A stretch of DNA of 64,000 nucleotides from assembly GCA_035084275.1 (NCBI GenBank), contig CM068752.1:8184001-8248000 (forward strand), in the 5' to 3' direction. Of this stretch, positions 12,961 to 25,473 are shown one piece after another. The notes below the pieces were generated by a model. It saw only the letters and a program-made list of their open reading frames with translations. It made no database searches and was not told the DNA's origin. This stretch comes from Hydrolagus colliei (taxonomy: Eukaryota). A program made the translations under genes and the position numbers. Numbering within the stretch: the first letter of the stretch is position 1; each line of letters opens with the position of its first letter.

Positions 12961-15363
12961 ATGGCGAAACCAGGCAGCCAGGCTGGGCTTTATGTTTTCC
13001 TGCTGTGTGTGTTGCACCTCGTCACTGGTCAAACCAGCTACACCATTCCCGAGGAAGCGGAGCAGGGTAGCTATGTGGGGAATATCGCTGAGGATCTGCG
13101 ACTGAACGTCCGGGCTCTGCCAGCTCGCGAGTTGCGGCTGGTCTCTTACGACAGCGAAGAGTACCTGGAGGTAAATTTGGACACTGGAATTTTATTTGTT
13201 CGCCAAAGAATTGACAGGGAGCAAATCTGTGGCCAAAGCCTTTCCTGCTCCCTTTCATTTGAAGTGATGGTTGAAAGCCCTTTGGAAATACATCGCGTTG
13301 AGGTCGAGATACTTGATATAAATGACAATTCTCCCAGTTTTCCTAAGAATGAATTGACCTTGCAGATCGGTGAATCCACTGCTCCCGGGGCTCGGTTTCC
13401 TTTGGAGAGCGCACACGACCCTGATGTGGGCACTAATGCAATCAAAACATATCAGATTAGTTCAAATGATTATTTCGGCATCAATGTTCAGAGCAGAAGC
13501 GACGGGAGTAAACGTGCTGAATTGTTACTGGAGAAGCCGCTAGATAGGGAACAAGAGTCAAAGCTCAAGCTGGTTCTTACAGCTATTGATGGAGGTGTCC
13601 CACCCAGATCTGGAACATCTCATGTTATCATTACTGTACTGGATGCTAACGACAACGCGCCTGTGTTTGATCATGAAATATACAGGGTGAGTTTGGCAGA
13701 AAACGCTTCGAAGAATGCATTTGTTGTCCGCGTCAAAGCTGCCGATTCAGATTCCGGTTTAAATGCTGAGGTAAAATATTATTTCATTAACCACCTACCC
13801 CACGGTGTGAATGACCTGTTTAGTTTGGACCCGAAAACGGGAGAGATTCGTGTTCAAGGAATACTGGATTTTGAGCAGTCGCACGTTTATGAACTTGAGG
13901 TACAAGCTGTTGACAGTGGTAGTTCTGCCCTGGCAGGGCATTGCAAAGTTTTGGTCTCAATAGTGGACGTAAACGATAATGCCCCCGAGGTTAAACTGAC
14001 CTCAGTGTCCAGTACTGTCCGTGAAAATGCATCGCCTGGGACTGTTATATGCCTAATCAGTGTGACAGACAGAGATTCTGGGAAAAACGGTCAAGTACAT
14101 TGTCAGATCCCCAATAACATCCCATTTGAACTACAAAAATCTCTGGCTAATCAATATAAATTGATTACCAGCGATAAGCTGGACCGTGAGACGAACCCTA
14201 CCTACAATATATCCCTATCTGCCTGGGATGCAGGGACTCCTCAGCTTTCTGCACACAGAACCATTTGGGTGTCGGTTTCTGATGTCAATGACAACGCGCC
14301 TCAGTTTGCTCAGTCGGTGTATACCGTGTATCTGAAGGAAAACAACACTCCCGGCGCCTCCATCTTTGCGGTGACCGCCGTGGACCCTGATCAGGATCAG
14401 AACTCTTACGTAACCTACTCCATGCTGGAGAACCAAATCCAGGGTACGTTTGCGTCCTTTCACGTCAGTGTGAACTCCAACAGTGGGAATATTTACGCAC
14501 TGCATTCCTTTGATTATGAAGAACTCAAACGCTTTCAGATTCAGATTCAGGCCCGGGATTCCGGAGTGCCTCCGCTCAGCAGCAGCGTCGCAATCAATGT
14601 GATCATACTGGATCAAAATGATAACAGACCCGTCATTATTGCACCTCTAACGTGGAATGGGTCAGCGGCTGTGGAGGTGCTACCTGGCGCTCCATCGCCA
14701 GACTACCTGGTGACCAAGATAATCGCCACTGATGCGGATTCTGGTCAAAACGCCCGGCTATCCTACCATATACTCCAAGCGACTGACGCCAGTTTGTTCA
14801 CAGTGGGGCTGCATTCCGGGGAAATAAAAACAACCCGCAGTTTTCTAGGCCAAGATTCCAGCACACAGAGTTTGGTGATTGAAGTCACCGACAATGGACA
14901 ACCATCCCTCTCCGCAAGCGTCACGGTGCTTGTTTCTACGGCTGCTAATGTGACTGAAAAATACTCTGACCAGCGTCCAGTGATAGACCCAAAGCCTGCT
15001 GCCACTTTCCATCTAAATCTATATTTAATTGTCATATTGGGTTCTACATCATTGATATTTCTTATCATCATTGTTTTGCTGATTGTCATCAAATGCCACC
15101 AAGACAGGCACACTGGCTACGATTGCTGCTGTTGGGAAACGAGGAATTTGAGGAATGTTTCTCACGGAAGAGCTACACCAAAAGAATCGTTACATTATAC
15201 CGAGGTTGGTGAAAGGATTCCCATTCCTGCAACGTATAATTATAGGGTTTCCCTTTCTCCAGAATCGGCGAAGAGTGACTTTCTGTTTCTAAAAACATAC
15301 AATCAGGACATCCACAGTAACAGCGTCACTGACACCAACGTTACCAAACAATATTGTCAATAA
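12961..15363 (+). CDS. Clustered protocadherin variable exon V4 (group A, one-exon ORF)
   Basis: Strong-context acaATGG at 12961 (in-frame upstream ATG at 12922); 6 EC, TM, SPESAKSDFLFL; TAA at 15361-15363; donor homolog TT|GTGAGG at 15398. Confidence 0.95.
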   Translation: MAKPGSQAGLYVFLLCVLHLVTGQTSYTIPEEAEQGSYVGNIAEDLRLNVRALPARELRLVSYDSEEYLEVNLDTGILFVRQRIDREQICGQSLSCSLSFEVMVESPLEIHRVEVEILDINDNSPSFPKNELTLQIGESTAPGARFPLESAHDPDVGTNAIKTYQISSNDYFGINVQSRSDGSKRAELLLEKPLDREQESKLKLVLTAIDGGVPPRSGTSHVIITVLDANDNAPVFDHEIYRVSLAENASKNAFVVRVKAADSDSGLNAEVKYYFINHLPHGVNDLFSLDPKTGEIRVQGILDFEQSHVYELEVQAVDSGSSALAGHCKVLVSIVDVNDNAPEVKLTSVSSTVRENASPGTVICLISVTDRDSGKNGQVHCQIPNNIPFELQKSLANQYKLITSDKLDRETNPTYNISLSAWDAGTPQLSAHRTIWVSVSDVNDNAPQFAQSVYTVYLKENNTPGASIFAVTAVDPDQDQNSYVTYSMLENQIQGTFASFHVSVNSNSGNIYALHSFDYEELKRFQIQIQARDSGVPPLSSSVAINVIILDQNDNRPVIIAPLTWNGSAAVEVLPGAPSPDYLVTKIIATDADSGQNARLSYHILQATDASLFTVGLHSGEIKTTRSFLGQDSSTQSLVIEVTDNGQPSLSASVTVLVSTAANVTEKYSDQRPVIDPKPAATFHLNLYLIVILGSTSLIFLIIIVLLIVIKCHQDRHTGYDCCCWETRNLRNVSHGRATPKESLHYTEVGERIPIPATYNYRVSLSPESAKSDFLFLKTYNQDIHSNSVTDTNVTKQYCQ

Positions 15364-16424
15364 ACCTGCAATATGAACAATTCACAGTGATAAGCTTGTG
15401 AGGTTTTGGGTCCCACAGTATTGTAGTGTCACGTGTATTCAAATAGCAGATCGCTCATTATCTTCTACAATACATACACTCGTGGAGAAATGACCCTGTA
15501 GCAACAAGTACAATTGTATAATCATTCGGCAAGGGGTTATGATGAAGGAAGTGAATTAGACGTTCCTAACCAGTTTTCGAATGATACCACTATGATGGAT
15601 TCCTGCGAGTGACTGGGATTACTTTTCACATTACATAAATACGATGAGAAGGGACGAAATACAATTGTTTTGAAAATAACTGATAATGGGAATGAAATGG
15701 TACCTATTTTGTGTTTTTAGACAAACAGTTGACATTTGCCACTGTTGATGTTATATTAATGAATATCCTATAATTTTCTGCATTATTTCTCCAGGCAGGC
15801 ATAGTTCATTTAAATGTTTGGTAAAATATCAACATGGCAAAGTCATGGTTTCCATCCATTAAACCATAAAAACGCTTGAAACATGATAAATCCACAGATG
15901 CATTCTTTCTGATACTCCATCATCGGCACTGAACTCAATTACACTCATGAACATTATGCTTCCATTTACTGTTGAAATTCTCAAATTGCATGTATTTAAA
16001 CAATATACAGTACAGGCACGACAAGATAAAGCATGCACAATTATGAAATAACTTTTGCGTATTTATATCGTTTAACAATCTCTTTTTAAGATGCACCCGG
16101 AACCATTTACCCTTTGGTTTGTCATTTGGGGGAGCAGTTCTGCAGAAATAAATAAAGGATTAAATGGTAGTCCATTCAAGTGGTAGTGAAAAACTTCTAT
16201 AATTGAAGCATATTCCTGCGATCATAACTACATTTCTTTTGTAAATAGTTTGAAAAGGCCTAAATTATGTGCTCATCTTCAATAAAATTCAATTATGATG
16301 ACCCTCTTTGTATATTTATTTTACTTCTCTCTAGCACGCAACTGATGGCAACAAATGGGTTGGAACAGTCCAGACTTTCCAAAACTACTTTACACAATTT
16401 CACACAGACAAAACAAGTCAATTC

Positions 16425-16520
16425 TATTTACATTACATCCTATGAAACGCTCTGAGACATCTCGAATTAGTGATAAGGCGCTATATCAATGGGAAGGATG
16501 ATTACTGTTGTCATTGTTGT
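16425..16520 (+). mobile_element. SINE/L2 3' tail fragment
   Basis: GAAACGCTCTGAGACATC...AAGGCGCTATATCAATG..GATGATTACTGTTG resembles the tail of other SINE/L2 copies in the window. Confidence 0.6.
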
Positions 16521-16559
16521 CAGAATCAATGAGTTAAAGCAGCACTGACATGCCATTAG

Positions 16560-17540
16560 CAAAAATAGCAACAAAAGTAGACTTATATAGTACCTTTCAC
16601 ATCAGGAGGATGTCCCAAAGCACTGAACAGTCAATGTTTCAGACCCGAGCTGGGGTTGGGGAAGGTGGAGTGGGGGATGGGGGAGTGGATGTGGAGGGAT
16701 TTGGGGTGATAAGTGGGACCATCGAAGAGGAAGGTCTTGAAGCAGGACTTGAAGGAGGCCAGGGAGGGGGCATGGTGGAGGGAATGTGGGATGGAATTCC
16801 AGAGTTTAGGGGTAGAGTGGCTGAAGGCTCGGCCACCAATGGTGCGGCGGGTGGGTTGGGGTATGTGGAGCAGGCCTGAGCCTGCTGAGTGGAGGGGGCA
16901 GAGCCTTGAAAGTGAAGACAAATATCTTGAATTTGATCCTCTGGGGATGGGGAGCCAATGGAGCCAGGTGAAGGTGGGATGGTGGGGCCACAGAGTCTGA
17001 TGTGGTCGAGGACATGAGCTGCAGAGTTTTGGATGGTTTGCAGCTTGTGAAGGGGGAAGGCCAAACAGCAGGGAGTTTACATAGTTAAGCCTTGATGTGA
17101 GAAATTCATGGGTGAGAGTTTCGGCAGGCTGAGTGGTGAGGCAGTGGTGAAGTCTTGCAGTGTTACACAAGCACATAAGAAATAGGTGCAGGAAAAGGCC
17201 ATTCAGCCCATTGAGCCTACCACACCATTTGATAAGATCATGGCAGATGTCTAACCTAATTCCATTTCCAGACGTGGTGGAAGGTCATGGAGCGGATGTG
17301 TGGGTGAATGGACAGCTCAGGGTCAAACAGGACTCTGCCCTAAGTTCCTGACTGGCTTCAAGAGATGGAGTTTGCAGCCATGAATGCTGATGCTGCCAGC
17401 GCCCAAGGTGTGGAGGCCCTGAGTGAGCCAATCAGGTGGGCCTCAGCCTTGCCGACATTCAGCTGGAGAAAGTTGTTCCTTGTTCAGGATTCAATCATAT
17501 TTTTGATGCAAACAAAGTAGAAAACAGTCAGATATTCAGT
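16560..17540 (-). mobile_element. Degraded L2-clade LINE 3' part, interrupted by a CR1 fragment
   Basis: Minus-strand peptides SRLNYVNSLLFGLP, LHWLPI, IGGRAFSHSTPKLWNSIP and NFLQLNV match the L2 copy at 62621-64000; tail near 16560. Confidence 0.85.
17173..17268 (-). mobile_element. CR1 LINE 3'-terminal fragment nested in L2
   Basis: ACATAAGAAATAGG...GGCCATTCAGCCC...GATAAGATCATGGCAGAT resembles the reverse complement of the shark-type CR1 3' end; L2 homology resumes on both sides. Confidence 0.75.
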
Positions 17541-18302
17541 GTTGCTGGAAACAACACAACAATCATAACACAAATATACATGTATAACGCCTTTTACGCC
17601 CAGAGGTAAAAATAAGAAGGAAATAAACTTGTAGACCATGTAATCATAACTTAATCACTGAGCTAAATATATTTGAAAGGGTTGCCTGTGCTATCCTCAT
17701 TGGAGGATCAGGATGCTAACTTTCTTATCAGTGTCCAATCGCCAACCAAGGGAGGGGAGAATATCAATACGCAATAAGAAAACGAAATGAACTCAGCACC
17801 CAAAAGAGACTCACTTTTCTTTCTCCATAGATAATGATAATATTAAGAATACGGTCCATAACATGGTTAGAGTAAACAGATATCACAGCGTGAAAATGCC
17901 AGGAACAACCTGTGGCTCGACATGAATGAAATCGCATCACAGCAAGTCGTTGGGTGTGAAATTAACAACTTAGAGACTAAGTTGAAGATATTGTCGACAT
18001 GCCGCTGGTCAAAGTATCCCGGAACTAAAAGAATCCACCACTCAATCACTAACCTTCCGATCAAAGGTCCTAATAAGCATTACATTGGTCAAACAAAGCA
18101 TCACTTTTTGAAAGAAGTTATATACAGTATTAATAAAAAGTACATACATACCATTTCCGAATGGAACTAGACATAGTTCAAGAATACCCGTTGTTTAGAA
18201 ACGACGATATTAAGCATCGTAAAAATTTACATCAATATCATTATGCGCTATATGTTTGCAGGAAAAGAAAACAGACAGACGTAATCATCCATCTACAGAC
18301 AG

Positions 18303-18372
18303 AACAACAACAACAACAACAACAACTTCGATTTATATAGCGCCGTCCACGCCGGACAGAGTCTCAGAGCGA
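18303..18372 (-). repeat. (AAC)n microsatellite plus LINE/SINE 3' tail remnant
   Basis: (AAC)8 followed by TTTATATAGCGCC...CTCAGAGCG, same structure as other L2 tails here. Confidence 0.7.
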
Positions 18373-19183
18373 AGTATCGAAACAGTGATTTCCATAACAC
18401 ACACACAACCACTTCGATCGAATACAACACCTCAACACCAAAAAAATGACAGAATCAATACTAAAAGAGATCAGATATATTACGCAGCAGGAAATGAACG
18501 TTTTGGTTATATAAAAGCAGATTATGTTCAGCACGTTACGAGCAGAATTCAATGAGCCAGTAAGCTAGTGAGCCGCCATAGTTAAATAAAGTCGAATTGA
18601 TACTTGGGCAAGTCGAAACTAGTGAAGCAAAGCGAGTGGAAAACAGTGGACTAGAGTTGGCCCCGCGTGATGGTAAGAGATGCCAATATTTCAAACATGA
18701 TGTTACCAGCACATATCAAGTTTTGAATCACGAATTCAACTCTGTTTGCAAAGAACAGAACATGGATATGAGCTGGTAGGGATCTTTCTCTTTACAATGC
18801 AAGGAAATGCAAACGAAATGATGATTATGTAGTGTAGGCAGTTTGACAAATATCCCTGTATAGTTGAATATCGGAATCACAACTAAATTATACATTTGTA
18901 CAGATAACTTGTAATTCGTATAAATGCAAGAGGGTGGATAAAACAATTGTGAGCCATATTTCCCTGAACTGCTTATGCAATCATCTTAATCATTGGGTCT
19001 TTTGTCCTATTCTAAATGTTTACTGGCAAATTTACAATCACTCCACTCCATTGTATAATCAAGTGAAAAGCTTTGTGTGATCTCGACGACATGTTAAAGC
19101 AATATATAAAAAAATCAGTGTTGATCAATAGGTAACGAGGTGTTTAATATTTTGGAGACATTCAAGCTTTAAGGGGTGTAAAG

Positions 19184-19226
19184 TGCAATGATTGGCTTGA
19201 GTCTCGTTGTGTCGCTGTCTACCAAT
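19184..19226 (+). promoter_or_regulatory. CSE of V5
   Basis: TGCAATGATTGG...TTGTGTCGCTGTCTACCAAT (43 nt); CGCT at 19213. Confidence 0.9.
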
Positions 19227-19492
19227 AAGGGGCAAAAAGCCGCTGGAGATCCACCAATCCCCCCGCCACACCGCGCACAATGCACTGTCAGCCGGAGAGA
19301 AGGCTTCCTGGATTTCAATCGGAGCCATCTTTTCCGAATCGCCATCCAACTAGTCGATGTTTGTATTATTTCAAGATTTTCCTAAAAATCTAATGCAGAT
19401 GCAATCAATTATCGCGATTTATTTTACCGAAATCCTGATATCATATCGGGGAAGACGAAATAACAAATAGGAACCGATCCTGTACGGTAGGA

Positions 19493-21925
19493 ATGAACCC
19501 TTTGTCTTATGTTGCTGTCTTTTATATCTTGGGTCTGGCGTTTGGAAAAATTCGTTATTCTATTCCCGAAGAATTGGACAACGGTGCTTTTGTTGGAAAT
19601 ATAGCTAAGGACCTGGGTTTGAATGTTGAATCTCTATCGAAAAGAAGGTTTAGGATAGTCTCTGTCGCCAGGAAGCGTTTTCTGGAGGTGGATATACAAA
19701 ATGGAGTTTTGTTTGTGAATACGAGGATAGACAGAGAACAGCTGTGTGGAGCAAATGCTGCTTGTTTTCTGCGTTTAGAAGCCGTGATCGAAAACCCGTT
19801 GGAATCTTTCCAAATAGAAGTGCAAATTCTTGACGTAAATGATAATGCTCCCAGATTCGAAAGGAGCGAACAACACATAGAAATCCCCGAGACAGCAGCA
19901 CCGGGGACTCGCTTTCTGCTGGACAGCGCACAGGACACAGACGTCGGTACAAATTCTCTTGATACTTACCTGCTTAGTCAGAATGATTATTTCTCGCTGG
20001 ATGTACAGACTGGGAGTGATGAGGGTAGATTAGCCGAATTGATACTCCAGAAAAATCTGGACAGGGAAAAACAAGCCGCCTACAACCTGGTCCTGACAGC
20101 GCTAGATGGTGGCTCCCCGGCTTTATCAGGAACCACATTGATCAAAATTACTGTGTTGGATATTAACGACAATATGCCTGTTTTTGATCACACTATCTAC
20201 AGGGTTAATGTACTGGAAAATGTTCCTAAAGGAACATTGATCATCAAACTGAACGCTACAGATGCAGATGAAGGTGCAAATGGCGAGGTCATGTACAACT
20301 TCCGCAGGCGCACTCCAAAGAAAATCCTTGATATCTTTAAGTTAGAGCCCAACACGGGAGAGATTCGAGTTCAAGGAGTGATTGATTTTGAAGAAAATAA
20401 TTCTTATGAGATGATCGTAGAAGCTAAAGACCAAGGTGCGTCTGCAGCTCCTGCACATTGCAAAGTTGTGGTCACAGTCTTAGATATGAATGATAATCCA
20501 CCCCAGGTCATCCTTACTTCACTGTCCAGTCCAGTCCCTGAAGATGCCCCACCGGGAACAGTGGTGGCTCTGATCAGTGTAACAGACCAAGAATCAGGAG
20601 GAAACGGCGAAATACGCTGTCAGATTCAACACGATGTCCCCTTCCAATTGAATTCGTCCTCAAAGAATTCCTACATGTTAGTCACCCGATACTTCCTGGA
20701 CAGGGAAACGTTTTCTCAATACAGCGTTACAATCTCATGTAGGGATTTGGGTCTGCCTCCTCTGGTTGCCAATAAAACCATCCAGGTGGAGATATCAGAT
20801 ATCAATGACAACGCACCAGATTTTGACCAACCTTCGTTCACAGCCTATGTAACAGAGAACAACTCACCTGGTTCATCTATATTCTCAGTGACCGCTTTTG
20901 ACCCCGACGAACAGCAGAACACGCACCTGTCGTACTCTATTCTTCACACTCAGGTGAAGGGTGCTCCTGTTTACGATTACGTATCCATCAATTCAGAAAG
21001 CGGAATTATCTTTTCACAGAATTCGTTTGACTATGAACAACTCAAGAATTTTCAGATTGGTGTTCAAGTGCAGGATGGAGGCTCCCCACCACACGCAGCC
21101 AACGTTACAGTAAACGTAGTTATCTTGGATCAGAATGATAACGCGCCAATCATTGTATCGCCCATACCAGCGGATGGCTTTGACGCAATCATTTCTGCAT
21201 CTGTGGATCCGGGTTATCAGGTGACAAGAATCATCGCCACAGATGCTGATTCGGGACAAAACGCGCGCCTTTCCTACCAATTGCTAGACGCCACACAGCC
21301 AGGTTTGTTCACCGTGATACCGAGCTCTGGGGTAATCAGGACGACTCGGCGTTTGGAAGACATGAAAGGCACTGTCCACCGACTTTTTATTATGGTGAAA
21401 GACAGTGGCCATCCTCCGCTCTCAGCCACAGGTACTGTTAGCCTGTCCATTATTGATGGTGGTGCAGAAATGTTATCTGACTTCAGTGGGAACCTCCCCA
21501 AGTCGACGGATTCGTCGGATTTGGCCTTTTATATCATTATATCGTTAGGATCAATTTCATTTGTTCTTCTGTTGACTATAATTTCCCTTGTTGCCACCAT
21601 ATGTCACAACGACAGTGGTTCCTACAGTACCCGCTGTTGCTTCAGGCAGAGGAATCTGAATGACATGTTCCAGAATTCCCATGTCAATTTGCAGAGAGAG
21701 CACAATGCCGAATTGGTTTCAAACTACATGGAAGTTCGAGGAACCGGTTCGCTCTCCCGCACCTATTGTTATAAAGTTCATTCGGCTTCTGAATCCGGCA
21801 AAGGCGATCTGGTATTCCAGGAATCGGCTCCAGCGACTCTGGCAACCCGTGAGAAACCGGTGGCAATTGCAAAAGCAGAATGGAATGGAAGCGCCGCAGG
21901 CAATTGGGTCAAGATACCTATCAAG
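19493..21925 (+). CDS. Clustered protocadherin variable exon V5 (group B)
   Basis: 6 EC, TM, tail EVRGTGSLSRTYCYKV; phase-0 donor AAG|GTGAGT after 21925 (unspliced ORF ends 21934). Confidence 0.95.
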
Positions 21926-22662
21926 GTGAGTTGAATCAATGTCTAAAATCCCATTCAAGCTTTCGCTGCGTTAATCACCATTGTAAATATAATTTTAAAG
22001 AAACCGTGTTTGCCTATCCATACTTTGATAGGTTCCACAATTACGCATTTTCAGATTTCCGAATTAAAACTGCAATGTAACTACAACAAACCAGATGGAA
22101 TACTGTTTCCTTACAATTATTCATACCCAAAGGGAAATTGTTGGACAGCCTTAAATTGAAAGTTCACTGTTTATCAGCACACCAACAGCGCAGTGAGATG
22201 AGACCAACATGATAAGTTCTCCACTTTCATATATCTTTTCCCACAGTATTCACAGTACGAACAGGTCTTGTTTTGTTTTAATTACAACCAATGAACCTTT
22301 GTGCCAAGCGTCCAGTGAACATACCAAGTTGGAAATGTTATCGGTTAATGTAAATGGTGTGTTGGACATGCGTTTAGTGTGCAACTAATCTGTAAAACAA
22401 CTGCAAGATTGATGGTTGTTTTTTTTAAAAAAAAAATAACAAAAAAACATTTAAAGTGAAGCTACAACGCTGCTTTGCAAGGATGGAAACCAGGCTGATA
22501 TTGTTTAGATTACATCAAATTCATTACAAACCAGCGGACAACTGTTTGCAAAGTCAGTTGTCTATGCTCATACACCCACAATGCGTCAACTAACCAAAAT
22601 GTGATTTTTAAAAAAATGAAAAGTGTGGTGGAGCTTTAAGAGGTTGAGCATGTTCTGCTCAA

Positions 22663-22704
22663 TGCAGTTATTGGATGAGACACTTTGTGTCGCTGTCTAC
22701 CAAT
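22663..22704 (+). promoter_or_regulatory. CSE of V6
   Basis: TGCAGTTATTGG...CACTTTGTGTCGCTGTCTACCAAT; CGCT at 22691. Confidence 0.9.
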
Positions 22705-22934
22705 CAGGTAATGCAACGAAGCTCCAGATCTCCAACCCTTCCCCCTACCACACACCATGATGTCTTAGAGGGAGGGACACGCAACCTCCATTGTTTATAC
22801 TCAGAACGAGGGAGCCATTTTAGTTCAACACTGCCATCAATTCACCAGGATGTTGGAGCACAAGATAGGTTTCTTTTGTACCTAAAATCGAATGCCCACA
22901 GATTTTTGGAAATGACAATTGTTTTCAAGAAGGA

Positions 22935-25412
22935 ATGGCAAACCTAGATGGACACCGTAAGATACGTTTCCGAGCGATATTCCTTGTTTTCTTCCTTTAT
23001 TCCTGGGATTCATCTTGTGCGCAGATTCGATATTCTGTGTCTGAAGAACAGAAGCACGGGACTTTCGTTGGGAATATCGCTAAGGATTTGGGTTTATACG
23101 TGGGAAATTTATCCACCAGGGTGTTACGGATGGTGTCTTCTGCCCGGGAGCAATATTTCAAGGTAGATTTACGAACTGGTATTTTGTTTGTGGATAAACA
23201 AATAGATAGAGAACTGCTGTGTGCACAGAGCGTTGCCTGTTCGCTTACACTAGAGCTGGTGGTTCAAAATCCACTGGAAGTATTCCATGCGAACATAGAA
23301 ATTTTGGATATAAATGATAACGCTCCCAGTTTCGAGAATAGTCAGCAACATTTGGAAATTCTGGAATCAGCAGCCGATGGAACCCGTTTTTTACTAGAGA
23401 GTGCGCATGACCTTGATGTGGGCAGCAACTCGCTCCGGACCTATGCACTCAGTCCTACCGAATACTTCACATTAGATATCCAGTCCAGCGTCGATAACAA
23501 GAAGTTTGCAGAATTAGTCCTTGAGAAACATCTGGACCGAGAAAAGAATGCGGTTTATAATTTAGTATTGACGGCCATAGATGGAGGGACCCCGGAAAGA
23601 TCAGGAACATCCAGAATAGTTATTTCTGTACTGGACGTAAACGATAATGTACCCGTTTTTGATAAACCAATTTACCAAGTAACTTTGGTGGAAAATGCCC
23701 CAGTGGGTACACTTGTAATCAAACTGAACGCTACCGATATCGACCAAGGTAGGAATGGTGACATTGTTTTTAAATTGCACAGTCATACCTCCGAGAAAGT
23801 GCGTGAGTTATTCAGTGTGGAGCCCCAGACTGGAGAGATCAGGGTGAAAGGAGTTATTGATTTCGAAGAGGCAGCTTTTGTGGAAATTAACATAGAAGCT
23901 AAAGATAAGGGCCCTTATGCAGTTCCCGTGCGTTGTAAAGTAATAGTCAACATAGTGAATGTGAATGACAATGCTCCTGAGTTTACAGTGAGTTTATTTT
24001 CCAGCCCAGTTCCCGAGGATGCGCCTCTCGGCACAATGGTTGCTCTCATTAGCCTGACAGACCACGAATCGGAGGACAATGGAGGAATTCAATGTTATAT
24101 TCCTGACAGAACTCCATTCCTACTTAAGCTCTCTTCCAAGAATTCTTATACGCTAGTTACGCATCAGTTGTTGGACAGGGAGACTGCTCCACAGTACACT
24201 TTTGTAGTCACCTGCAGAGACTCGGGGACTCCTCCTCTATCCTCTAACAAGCCGTTTTTGGTGGAGGTTTCGGACATAAACGACAATGCACCACATTTTA
24301 CGCAGTCATCCTACACAGCACACGTAATGGAGAACTGCGCCCCCGGCTCTTCTATTTGTACTTTGACTACCTTTGATGCTGACCTGGGTGTCAATGCTTA
24401 TGTGTCCTATTCTATACTGGAGAATCATATTCAAGGAATGCCCATGTCTAGCTATGTCTCCATCGGTTCAGAGAGCGGCATTGTCTATTCCAATATGCCT
24501 TTCGACTACGAGCAGATAAAGAGCTTTCAGTTCATAGTTCAGGCCACGGACGCCGGAGTCCCACCGCTCAGCGACAACGTTACTGTGAATGTGATTATCC
24601 TCGATCAGAACGATAACACGCCGGAAATCGTCTCGCCGCTCAGGATGAGGGGGTTGGAAGTAACGCTTCCTCGTTCTGCTGATCCCGGATATCTAGTCAC
24701 GAAAGTAATCGCGGTTGATGCCGATTCTGGGCAGAATGCGCGCCTGTCGTACCTGTTGCCGGAAGTGAAAGAGACTCCGCTGTTTCGAGTTGGTTTGAAC
24801 TCAGGGGAAGTCAGGACTGCTCGACGTGTCGGTGACAGAGATGCAATTGTTCACCATTTGGTGGTGGTGGTAAAAGACCAAGGCCACCCACCACTTTCCG
24901 CCAGTGTAATCATCAACCTATCTTTACCGGAGGACGTTGCGCAAAACGTGTCTGATGTGAATCTGTTGACCCGAAAATCCGAGTACACCTCGGATATAGC
25001 GTTTTACTTAATCATATTCTTGGGGACACTGTCCTCGGTACTTTTCGTGACTATTATCTTCTTGATCTTTACCATCTGCCAAGCTGACAGAAATGCTGCC
25101 CAGGGTTCCTTCAATACCTCCTTCATTGCGCGGAGATATACAAACGACTTGTTTCTGGATTCCAATATTAATCTCCATACATTGCCTGATTCCAAACAGC
25201 TGACAAATGTGGTTGAGGTTCGTGGGACCGGATCCCTTTCTCGCACTTACTGCTACCAGGTTCACTCCACCCCAGACTCCATCCAAAGTAAAGCTATAAT
25301 CCCATCTTCAAGAAATTCAACTGTCTCCAGAAAGTATGACAAGGAAAGTGATCAGCACGAGATAGAGTGGAATGAGGGAAGAAAAAACATTAAAATCGAA
25401 TTCCCAGTTAAG
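22935..25412 (+). CDS. Clustered protocadherin variable exon V6 (group B)
   Basis: 6 EC, TM, EVRGTGSLSRTYCY; phase-0 donor AAG|GTGAGT after 25412 (unspliced ORF runs to 25613 through a CR1 fragment). Confidence 0.95.
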
Positions 25413-25473
25413 GTGAGTTTTTTTTCTTCTAGATTTAAGGATCTAGAAAATATTATGGTCATAATATTATGGT

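Larger units (their letters stand above)
15795..17925 (+). pseudogene. Candidate relict/non-coding constant exons of group A (15795-15847, 16335-~16417, 17831-17925)
   Basis: Three pyrimidine-rich AG acceptors whose order, first two spacings and starting bases resemble the group B constant exons; third reads ...NRYHSVKMPGT. Donors are weak or absent, so this is an inference. Confidence 0.3.

Noticed and set aside
18060-18110. KHYIGQTK peptide resembling a Penelope GIY-YIG motif
   Set aside because: Only a short match, with no upstream CxxC or downstream R..EH context.
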